From IMG/VR virus record IMGVR_UViG_3300026549_002532, positions 12,676 to 76,675 of that record: DNA of 64,000 nt. One strand, given 5' to 3'. Source of the stretch: a virus (lineage: Duplodnaviria; Caudoviricetes). The notes under the pieces were generated by a model, which saw only the letters and a program-made list of their open reading frames with translations, was not told the DNA's origin and searched no databases. Below are positions 55,640 through 64,000 of this stretch, in pieces; positions within the stretch are counted from its first letter, which is position 1, and every line of letters starts with the position of its first letter. The translations under genes and the position numbers were made by a program.

Positions 55640-57847
55640 TTATTTCACAACGAACTTTTTGCCGTCTTGGATGACGATGCCCTTGTAGTCATCGCCAACG
55701 GGCTGACCCATGAGGTTGTAGCGCTGGCCGCTGCGGGGCTGCGCTGCGTTGAGGTCTTGGACACCAGTAACGGTGGCCTCCTTGAACGTGGCGTTCACGT
55801 AAACGGGAGCAGCCGGCATCTCGAAGGTGAAGGTGTTCAGATCGGTGCCAGGGATAATGTCCACTGAGCCGCCACGCAGACGTATCAGTGCGCCGCTTGG
55901 CTCGGCCTCGGGGCTGAAAGTCACGGTGAGCGTTTCAATCTCATAGCCGTTGTCGGGGGTGACGGTCAGCGTCACGGTCTCGCCGATGGAGGCGGCCTCC
56001 TTGTTGCTGGTCACGGTGCCGTGCTCAAACGATTCGGGCACATTGATGGCTAACAGCGGCGACACCACGGTCAGGTGAATGAGGGATGCATTAAAATTAC
56101 TAACAAAGGTAACAACGCTGTAGGTGACTCCAGCCTCAAGCGTGGCTGTGAATTCCAAGTCTTCACCTTGCGATTCTTCATGATTAAGAATATCCTCTCC
56201 AAGCAACACCCCAACTCCAGGCAAGAGCGAAGCGTCGCCAGTGGTGCGGAAAGTGTACTCACCGCTCACCGGAGGGGTGAAGGGATACATAAAGTCTACG
56301 CCACACGGAGCGTAAATCTCATTCTCGCCTACCGTGATAGGAGCGATGTCGTACTTGGCCACGTTCAGGATGCCGCTGCTGTCGCCCTGTGGAAGCATAG
56401 TTACAACCGAATAGGTTACACCCGCCTCAAGCATGGCGGCCGCACAGGGTGTTTGCTCCGGTTCTTGGGGCATGCCCATCGATATCTTCTCTCCTTCTTC
56501 ATCCAATGCAACAAGGAACATAGCCTCATCGTCACCATTCAACGTGAAGATGTAGGCACCGCTCTCGGTGGGCGTAAAGAAATAGACTGTGGGTTCGTTG
56601 ACCAAAGCCACCTCGTTGTCGCCCATTTGGAGCACGTTGTCATCGCCAACCGGCGACCCTCCATCCTCCGACACGTTCAGGTGGATGAAAGCGCCATGGC
56701 TGGTACCTACACGCACTCTAAAGGCGTAGGCGACTCCTGCCTGAAGCGTGACGGTTATATTTATGTCTGTTTGATTAGGTACACAGTAATCTATCACGTC
56801 ATCTCCAAGCATCACCGCCGCTGCGGGATTCAATGCAGCAAAGCCAGAGGTGCTGAAGGTGTACTCACCGCTCTCTTCGGGAATAAAGGGATAGTAGAAT
56901 TCATTACCATTCGGAGCGTAAATCTCATTATCACCCACCGTGATGGGAGCGAGTTCATACTTGGAGATGTTCAGGATGGGAGCAACGTCGTTGCTTCCAT
57001 AGACATTAGCAATAGCCATAACCCCATAGGTGACATTCGCGTCGAGCATAACGCCCGATGAGAGCGTTTCTAACGGTGGTGCATAGCCCATTGCAATCAT
57101 ATCGTTTCCCGAAGATATCTGTACCACCGCATCCACGTCACAATCCATCGTGAAGATGTAGGCTCCGCTCTCGGTGGGCGTAAAGGCATAACTAATCATG
57201 TCGACAACATTCACCTCGTTGTCGCCCAGTTGCAGGGTTGGCATCTCGCCCGACCCGCTGATGGTGACATCGGCGGCCGGCATGGTGAAGGAGTAAACGC
57301 TGCCTGACTCTGTGATTTCGACAGGCTCGCCATTGGCGGTCGCGGTGAGGCTGTTGATGGTCACGCCCGCGTTAGCCGTCAGTTTCACATTCTCCCCCTC
57401 GAAAGCCACGTATGGCAGTGGTCTCAACATATTCAGGAGGCCGGCGCTCGCGGCGTCGGTGCTGACGAGATAACCCTTGCTCACGACGACATTCGCATCG
57501 CCGGATTCACCTTCAAGATACGCACGTAAACGCAATTTGTACGTTAGCCCGGCCTCCAGCTTCTGTGTCCAAGCAAGGTGGCCGACATAAGTGTTCGTCG
57601 CCTCGTCTAGTTCGGATAGGGCATCAGCATAGTCTGGGCTATCCATGTTGATTGCAAAATCTAGTTTCACATCCGACGTACCGACGAACACATAGTAGTC
57701 GGTCTCCTCGGGAGTAAACGACAGATAGACGCCATCGTTAGTGATGGTGAACGGGCCGTTGTCGCCCACCTGGAGCGGCGTGAAGTCCTGTGCCCACACC
57801 GTGGCGGTGGTGAGCAGTGCGAAAAGAAATAGTAATACTTTTTTCAT
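55640..57847 (-). CDS. Secreted repeat surface protein
   Basis: Signal peptide; repeated GDNE..FTPxESGxYxFT modules; InlB-B-repeat-like domain; YNLMGQPV..KGIVIQDGKK tail. Confidence 0.8.
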   Translation of the reverse strand: MKKVLLFLFALLTTATVWAQDFTPLQVGDNGPFTITNDGVYLSFTPEETDYYVFVGTSDVKLDFAINMDSPDYADALSELDEATNTYVGHLAWTQKLEAGLTYKLRLRAYLEGESGDANVVVSKGYLVSTDAASAGLLNMLRPLPYVAFEGENVKLTANAGVTINSLTATANGEPVEITESGSVYSFTMPAADVTISGSGEMPTLQLGDNEVNVVDMISYAFTPTESGAYIFTMDCDVDAVVQISSGNDMIAMGYAPPLETLSSGVMLDANVTYGVMAIANVYGSNDVAPILNISKYELAPITVGDNEIYAPNGNEFYYPFIPEESGEYTFSTSGFAALNPAAAVMLGDDVIDYCVPNQTDINITVTLQAGVAYAFRVRVGTSHGAFIHLNVSEDGGSPVGDDNVLQMGDNEVALVNEPTVYFFTPTESGAYIFTLNGDDEAMFLVALDEEGEKISMGMPQEPEQTPCAAAMLEAGVTYSVVTMLPQGDSSGILNVAKYDIAPITVGENEIYAPCGVDFMYPFTPPVSGEYTFRTTGDASLLPGVGVLLGEDILNHEESQGEDLEFTATLEAGVTYSVVTFVSNFNASLIHLTVVSPLLAINVPESFEHGTVTSNKEAASIGETVTLTVTPDNGYEIETLTVTFSPEAEPSGALIRLRGGSVDIIPGTDLNTFTFEMPAAPVYVNATFKEATVTGVQDLNAAQPRSGQRYNLMGQPVGDDYKGIVIQDGKKFVVK

Positions 57848-57990
57848 ACGCTTAAAAAATATAGTTAATAATATCGTTAACCTGTTGGATGAATTAAATT
57901 TGTAAATTATTGATGTTAAGATAGTTGCACATCCTGTTGAATTTTAGTAACTTAGTGGTGTCTAATCAAATAAGTAGAATATTCGTAGAT

Positions 57991-58298
57991 ATGTGCAACT
58001 TTGTCGCAAAGTTCGGAAAAATTCTTGAGATCTGCAAGAAATTTGCAGGAAATCAAGTAAATTAGAAAGGAAATGCCCCTCGTTGCGGTGTCGTATCCAC
58101 TTTCTCCGATGTGGAGGTGGTGGCTCTTTCCATCACCGCAGAGGCAATGAGTATTGACAGTGAGAATTATCTCTTCAAGAGGCTGAACACGGAATGTCCT
58201 GGAGCCATTCCCAATCTGATTACCCGTCGGCAGTACAACCAACGCTGCAAGAAAACCATGAAGCTTGGTGAAAATATCCGTCAGTCCATAGCTAAGGC
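57991..58298 (+). pseudogene. IS982-family transposase 5' remnant
   Basis: KILEICKKF..FSDVEVVALSITAE..IDSENYLF..RRQYN; in-frame TAG at codon 25. Confidence 0.75.
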
Positions 58299-58300
58299 GG

Positions 58301-58429
58301 AAAAACAAAATGAAAGTCCTCGTCGCCGTGGCGCGCAAACTGCTCATCGCCGTGTGGCACGTGCTGCACGACCAGACCGACTACAGGGACTTCGACCCGG
58401 ATCGATCGCTGTCCGACAACAACGGATAG
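58301..58429 (+). pseudogene. IS110-family transposase 3' remnant
   Basis: KNKMKVLVAVARKLLIAVWHVL in alternate frame. Confidence 0.7.
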
Positions 58430-59035
58430 CACACGATATACCGTACATGGAAAGGCTATTATCTTTGTGGTGGTCTTGACCCCGTCTGCAAATTAACCGA
58501 CAACATGGACGGCGATGAAAACCAGTCTATAGCTTCGAGCTCGAAGAGGAAAGTACCAATTTTTATTTCTCAAGCGCGGCTTTATCAATACTGTCGCGGG
58601 GCATAGACTTGCGCGGTGGCATTCATACAACATTGTTTTTTGAACAATAACGGGACAATTTGCGCAACTTTTATAGAGGAAAGATACGAAAAGTTTCTTG
58701 TTCATTATGGCATGGACAAGCCATAAACTGATAGAATGATTTTGTTCATTACATTTTCCAGAGGAGCGCTCCCCTTTTTTGCGCCGTTCAACGCCTTTAG
58801 ACGCCTTTCAACGCCTCATCGGCTTGCAGGAAAACGCTGTACATCAGGTGTCAGGAGGTTTTTAAAGGTTTTGGGAGGCGCAAACTTGGCTTCTATCAGG
58901 CGCACAATAGAAACAAAAACCCGCTGCATCCCAGCGGGTTTTATGCGTTAATTTAGGGTCATGAATTGAAACTGAAACTGTTATCGATGATTGTCTATTA
59001 CATCAAGAGAACCTTCCACTTTTTCTTCTTCGGGT

Positions 59036-60130
59036 TTAGTCTTTATCGATGAATTTATTGATCTGTTCTTGAATGTTCGGAGCTAATGGGGGTATCTTTT
59101 TGTTTTTCTCAAATCGGCGCAGTTCGTCGATGTTCATGTCCACCTGGTTATCCTTGCGCTGTTGCTTGTATTCTTTTTTGTCGATGTAGGCGTAATCGGT
59201 GGCATAGGACTGCACTTGGATGAGGTATTCTGTGCCTGAATGTCTGTGCCGTCCAATAACAGTGAGTTGTGACATCACGAAGTCGTCGGTTCTTGAGTTT
59301 CCGACCGAGTCGGTGCGATAGACCTGATAAATAGTGGTCGAAGTGCGCTGTTGTTTGACGGTGTCGGGGACAAACGTTTTACCCTTTTTAGCGGCTTTTT
59401 CCTGTTTCTCCTTGTTCTTGATGTGATTACGGTAGGTACTTAAATTGAAAGACACCGTGCGAGTGCGCTCCTCTGCGTTCCAGTAGATGTAACCCAGTTG
59501 ACAAATGCTGTCGGCAATGATCTGTCGCCCATTGCCAGCGTCGGTCAGGGTGATACTGCCCTTCTGTTGCAGTCCACGTATTTTATCATAATATGATTCT
59601 TCGGGCAATCTTGCGAATTGGTCATACTGTCCTGATGTGCTGCTGTAGAGGGCGCGCCAAAACCCGCTTTGCGCCTTTGAAAGGTGGCGTGACTTAGCGG
59701 ACACCTCTTTCTTTGCGATATTATAGGCGTTGTCAATAACGCCGGCGCGGTAGTAGATGGGACCATCGTCATCGATATAGACATCGCGGAAGTAGGTCTG
59801 GCAATAGAGTAGATCCTTGGGCTTTACCACGACCTCGGACAGGTCATAACCGGCCTCGTCAAGGGTAATTCGGCCGTCTGTGATGTCAGCTATGGCGATC
59901 GTTAGGGGCTTATAGGCCACTTGCGACAAATGGATAGTGGTGTTTTCGCCAACACTCTCAAGCCAACCGTCAATATCGGTACTTGCAATGAATTTGCCTT
60001 GGGTGGTTGTAACTGTTACATAGGGGATTGGCATTCCATCGCCATCCACCACTTGGATGCGCTGCGCATGCAATGGTATTACGCATAGCAGCATTAGGCA
60101 GGTAATAAGAATCGTTTTCTTCATCATCAT
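59036..60130 (-). CDS. Secreted protein with carboxypeptidase-regulatory-like N-domain
   Basis: Signal peptide; PIPYVTV..STDIDG..LSQVAYK..LSEVVVK; TATCTTTG promoter ~60192. Confidence 0.75.
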   Translation of the reverse strand: MMMKKTILITCLMLLCVIPLHAQRIQVVDGDGMPIPYVTVTTTQGKFIASTDIDGWLESVGENTTIHLSQVAYKPLTIAIADITDGRITLDEAGYDLSEVVVKPKDLLYCQTYFRDVYIDDDGPIYYRAGVIDNAYNIAKKEVSAKSRHLSKAQSGFWRALYSSTSGQYDQFARLPEESYYDKIRGLQQKGSITLTDAGNGRQIIADSICQLGYIYWNAEERTRTVSFNLSTYRNHIKNKEKQEKAAKKGKTFVPDTVKQQRTSTTIYQVYRTDSVGNSRTDDFVMSQLTVIGRHRHSGTEYLIQVQSYATDYAYIDKKEYKQQRKDNQVDMNIDELRRFEKNKKIPPLAPNIQEQINKFIDKD

Positions 60131-60212
60131 GAAAACTTGTCAATAACTATGTGTAAATAAATCCGTTAAAGTATACCAGTTTGTAAGCACTGCAAAGATA
60201 GTGATTATTTTT

Positions 60213-61000
60213 CTACTTGCGTTTACTTTTAGGGGATTTGTTGTTCATTAGGCGTTGGTAGTCGTCCTGCGCTTGCTTAATGCCGTGGTCGCCGGTCACT
60301 TTCCACTCATACTTATTTGCGGAAGCGTTCCATCGGGCGCAGTTCAGCAAGTTGCCGCTATAGTTGTTCACCCACGGTAGCGCCGTATAGTCCTGCCAGC
60401 GTGCCCACATTTGGGCAGGAGTCATATAGACCGCATCCTCCCATCCGGGGCGAGGTCCCGACATAGCACCCGATGAGATATTGTCGGGGTGAATGTGTGG
60501 CCACTCGCCCAAATCCAGCTCGTCGATGTAGGTCTCATCGAAGTGCGGATAGAAGTTCTGATACGAGCGTTTCTCCCGGAACTGCACCTTGACGCTTTCG
60601 TTGGTGATGTCGGTGATAACTACGGCACCCACCTTTCGGAACTTGGTGTCTTGCAGAACGGCATTGAAAAAGATTTTGTCTGTGTCAATATCTTTTCGTG
60701 TGAGGTGTCCGAACACTGCGATGTTCTGCGGACACTCGGCACTTTTTCGATTAAGCGAGTGCAATGCAAGCTTGCTTGGACATTGCCGAGCGTGAGAAAA
60801 ATATCCAACGGGCAGTTCAATTTCCATGCTGTAATCGTCCGCGTCTGTAAAGGCACGGTTCTCGGAAAATCGGTGCAAGGCGAGTGCAATGAAGCTTGCT
60901 TCGATTGCCGAGCCGCAGCCCGATTTATTTAAACGTATTCGATTGACGAGCCTTTCTTCAGTGCGACCTGCGCTCCGTCTATTGCCAGTGATATAGCCAT
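60213..61000 (-). pseudogene. Phage tail gene remnant with two palindromic inserts, fused to a tape-measure C-terminus
   Basis: MAISLAIDGAQVALKKGSSIEYV* then SENRAFTDADDY..; ends VTGDHGIKQAQDDYQRLMNNKSPK. Confidence 0.7.
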
Positions 61001-61131
61001 ATCAATACGCCTTACGGCGTGGTTTATAGTGTATTGTTTATAGTTTATAGACTGCTGCCGAACACGACAAAAGCGGTTGATTTACTGCAAAAGTAAACCA
61101 ACCGCTTTAGCTATTAAAAGACGTTGTTATA

Positions 61132-61605
61132 TCAGTTGTTGTCTATTTTGCTGTCTTTCTTGAAACGAGCAATTTCCTCTTGGGAGTCGGTCTTATACCA
61201 AACCATTTCGGACTTTGTGAGTTTATTGATGTCACACTCAATAAATATCTTGGTTTTCCCATCATGTTCCATTCCGGTGAAGATGTTCATGTGTGCTGTT
61301 TCACCAACTCGATAATGTAGGTCTGTAACCGTCCATCCTTCATCTGGCCAATTTGATTCATAAAGCTCAATTCGCCCGGAATAAGAAGTTTCTGGATAGA
61401 ACACGTATTTAACTACACTCACGTCTTGTATTCTACTATCGAACACTTGTGTCCAAATGCCCTCAAGTTTGCTTGAGTCAAAACTCTTGACATCATCATC
61501 GCCGCATGATGTTGTTGCGAGAAGTGTAATTGATAAAACGATGAAATAAAGATACTTAAACATTCTCATAACTTGAAGATATTTTTTATTACTTGTAAAA
61601 TCCAA
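61132..61605 (-). CDS. Lipoprotein
   Basis: Lipobox TTSCG plus DDD. Confidence 0.75.
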   Translation of the reverse strand: MDFTSNKKYLQVMRMFKYLYFIVLSITLLATTSCGDDDVKSFDSSKLEGIWTQVFDSRIQDVSVVKYVFYPETSYSGRIELYESNWPDEGWTVTDLHYRVGETAHMNIFTGMEHDGKTKIFIECDINKLTKSEMVWYKTDSQEEIARFKKDSKIDNN

Positions 61606-61616
61606 TCAATCTGTTT

Positions 61617-62306
61617 TTATTGATTAGCTTTGAACATGATATGCATATAGTGCCCATTCTCATAGCCGAAGCGTTGTATGAGAGTTGAACCGTCGTAGAT
61701 AGCCTCCAGCTGCAGGGTTATGCCGTTTTCGGCAAGTGAACAGAACGCTTTCGGCTGTTTCAGCTCGTCCTGCGTAAACTTGTAATACTGGCTGTTGTTA
61801 TTAAACACTATGCGGATGTGGTGCTCAGTGCCGTCGTAGTTCAAGTTCAGTGGCATGACATTAGGGATGAAAGCCCATTTTACGTGAGAGTAGTCTGTGT
61901 CGTAGTCGAAGCCATAGCGGGCAGTGATGGCCTGCGGAGAAATCTCGGCAAGTGCATGGCTGAGTTCTTCGTCAGCATCCACAACCTTTGAAATCAGCGA
62001 TACGGGAAAGTTTTGAAAGAAAACATGCAGCATCTTGCTGTCTGACACATTGACCTGTACGCCGTCGAAGGTTTCGCTATGGGCTATGGTCATAGGTCGA
62101 CCAGCCTCGTCCGTTCCTTCGATGCAATCCTTGTTTTTGTAGATAATGACATACCGGCCAGGGTATTCGCCCGAAATGTTCTGCGCATAGGTTTCCTTTT
62201 GTTTGCCAGTCAACTGCTTCACAACATCGTCTTCGTTGCTGCAAGATGCGAGAGAGAGCAATGTGAACAATAGCAGGATAACGCCTAAAAACTTTATTTT
62301 TCTCAT
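61617..62306 (-). CDS. Lipoprotein, DUF4840-like (likely start MRKIKF)
   Basis: Lipobox LASCS; NFPVSLISKVV motif. Confidence 0.65.
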   Translation of the reverse strand: MRKIKFLGVILLLFTLLSLASCSNEDDVVKQLTGKQKETYAQNISGEYPGRYVIIYKNKDCIEGTDEAGRPMTIAHSETFDGVQVNVSDSKMLHVFFQNFPVSLISKVVDADEELSHALAEISPQAITARYGFDYDTDYSHVKWAFIPNVMPLNLNYDGTEHHIRIVFNNNSQYYKFTQDELKQPKAFCSLAENGITLQLEAIYDGSTLIQRFGYENGHYMHIMFKANQ

Positions 62307-62403
62307 ATCTTTATTTTTATAATTATTACAGTTTAGTAAACGAATTAAAAGCAATGATGTTATATCAAGTGAAGATTTTTAACTATTATTATATTCGGTA
62401 GGA

Positions 62404-62975
62404 TTACCTGCGCTTGTTCTTCGGACTTTTGTTATTCATCAGCCGTTGGTAGTCATCTTGGGCTTGCTTGATACCGAGATCGCCGGTCACGGTGTTCACG
62501 GTGACGAATGGTTCGTTGAGCCTTTCGTTCAAGCGAGCAATAGTCTCACGCAGGGCATTGTTCTCCTGAACAATGACAGTCGGGGTCTGTGACTGCGCCA
62601 GCACTGCGGGAGCAGTGATCGTGCGCGACACATCGGTTTGCCGTAGGCTGCCGATAGTGTTAGTGCGCTGCGCATAGTCCAGTGCCTCAATCAACGGGCG
62701 AGCCACCGGCGATGCGAGCAGTTTCTGCGAAGCCACCCATTCCCCTGCGTGAACCACACCTGCCACCTCATCGACCCGCCCGGGACGGGTGAAGCCACCC
62801 TCGGCGTAGCCCTGCGCCAGAGATGCCTGTTGCTGCTTCTTGATGGCGGCCACCTGCGTCATACCTGCGGCAACAGCCATAGCCGCCGCAATCGGGGCGA
62901 TGACGTAGCCCACCACAGGGATTGCCGCCGCCGATGAGTAGGCGTTGAGCGCCGCCGTTGCCGTTTGCGCCACGG
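62404..62975 (-). pseudogene. Tape-measure protein C-terminal fragment
   Basis: AQTATAALNAYSSAAAIPVVG..GYAEGGFT..VAGVVHAGEWV; 5' end replaced by REP-like sequence. Confidence 0.8.
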
Positions 62976-63166
62976 CTCCCCTACGGCCACTCTGCATTCC
63001 TCCTTTAGGGGGTTAGGGGGACAACGCGGGTTAGTGGGACTAGAACCGAGGATGACCAAACGAAGCCTGGCCACACTTCGCAGTGCAGCCAGGCTTGCTG
63101 ATGATTAAAAATATTACTATTTCATTGACCGTTGGCTATTAGCTTATAGCTTACTGCTTATCGCAT

Positions 63167-63657
63167 TCAATAAACGGCCTTGGTGCTGTTGACCTTGCCG
63201 TCGGTGTAGCGAGTGACCACAATGTTGAGGCCCTCGAAGGGCTTGTTGCTGCTCATGCCTGCAGCGTTGTAGTAGGTCACGGCACCCACCTTTCGGAACT
63301 TGGTGTCTTGCAGAACGGCATTGAAAAAGATTTTGTCTGTGTCAATATCTTTTCGTGTGAGGTGTCCGAACACAGCGATGTTCTGTGGACACTCGGCACT
63401 TTTTCGATTAAGCGAGTGCAATGCAAGCTTGCTTGGACATTGCCGAGCGTGAGAAAAATATCCAACGGGCAGCTCAATCTCCAGCGAGTAGTCATCGGCG
63501 TCGGTAAAGATACGGTTCTCGGAAAATCGGTGCAAGGCGAGTGCAATGAAGCTTGCTTCGATTGCCGAGCCGCAGCCCGATTTATTTAAACGTATTCGAT
63601 TGCCGAGCCTTTCTTCAGCGCGACCTGCGCTCCGTCTATGATAAGTGATATTGCCAT
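63167..63657 (-). pseudogene. Second copy of tail gene remnant, fused to a surface-protein C-terminus
   Basis: Homologous to 60624-61000; after KVGAV switches to TYYNAAGMSSNKPFEGLNIVV. Confidence 0.7.
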
Positions 63658-63733
63658 AAGTTAAGCGGTTGATTTACCGCAAAGATAAATCAACCGCTTT
63701 ATGGTGTAAAAGACGATACCGATAAATTGGAAT

Positions 63734-64000
63734 TTATTGGTCAAGCGGATAGGGGAAAGTATAATGTTCAATTCCAAAAGCGCGAAATTCACCATTGATA
63801 AAAGATACTTTCCAAGGATGGTAAGCCTTCAACAGTTGAGTCATTTCTTCGGCAAGTTGCTGATTGTCGCCGGGCTGGAGGACCTTAACTTCACATTCTA
63901 CAAGATTGCCGTGCATGTCAACTCGTGCTTGTCGGATATTGAATATGATGCGTTTGACATTGGCGAGTTCGGGATACTTTTCTGTTTTCAAAGGAAATAA
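63734..64000 (-). CDS. C-terminal part of a hypothetical protein (runs off window)
   Basis: Frame open to window edge. Confidence 0.55.
   Translation of the reverse strand, partial: LFPLKTEKYPELANVKRIIFNIRQARVDMHGNLVECEVKVLQPGDNQQLAEEMTQLLKAYHPWKVSFINGEFRAFGIEHYTFPYPLDQ

Noticed and set aside
54663-55688. Functional integrase as given by the ORF track
   Set aside because: Catalytic C-terminus replaced by an IS5 scrap and non-coding read-through
58111-58479. 122 aa ORF as a real gene
   Set aside because: Chimera of IS982 remnant and out-of-frame IS110 sequence
60624-63660. Duplicated tail segment as a DGR template/variable repeat pair
   Set aside because: Differences are not adenine-restricted, are mostly synonymous, and no reverse transcriptase is in the window

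Overview
Bacteroidales-type DNA (many TAnnTTTG -7 promoter elements). Positions 1-54452 are most of one tailed prophage-like element, almost all on the minus strand. It carries a lysis cassette, tail-fibre/head-tail/portal genes, terminase, capsid, Clp protease, replication genes and a cro/cI switch, and ends at a 3'-half tRNA-Pro(GGG) att site. Three cargo blocks interrupt it: (i) host-like surface-protein genes plus a POT-transporter fragment (8-11.4 kb); (ii) a ~25 kb defence island (14.6-39.9 kb) with WYL regulator, TPR, frameshifted Eco57I-like R-M pair, TIR, DUF4268, ApeA-like HEPN, HNH, Druantia-III-like pair, stand-alone SBD-like domain and two ASCH genes; (iii) an AlbA_2/ATPase gene and ardA. 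Right of the att site is a decayed second element (truncated integrase, IS scraps, chimeric tail/tape-measure fragments, lipoproteins). The most striking non-coding signals, all inferred by eye: a GTGC-N9-GCAC palindrome exactly 10 bp from a -7 element at four island promoters (candidate WYL regulon); two 200-270 nt hairpins built like ssDNA (Frpo-type) promoters ahead of ardA and a MutS-I operon; a rod-like ~200 nt sRNA between the ASCH genes; and antisense sRNA units ahead of the holin and PLD nuclease genes. Family names are from motif recognition only; no searches were run.
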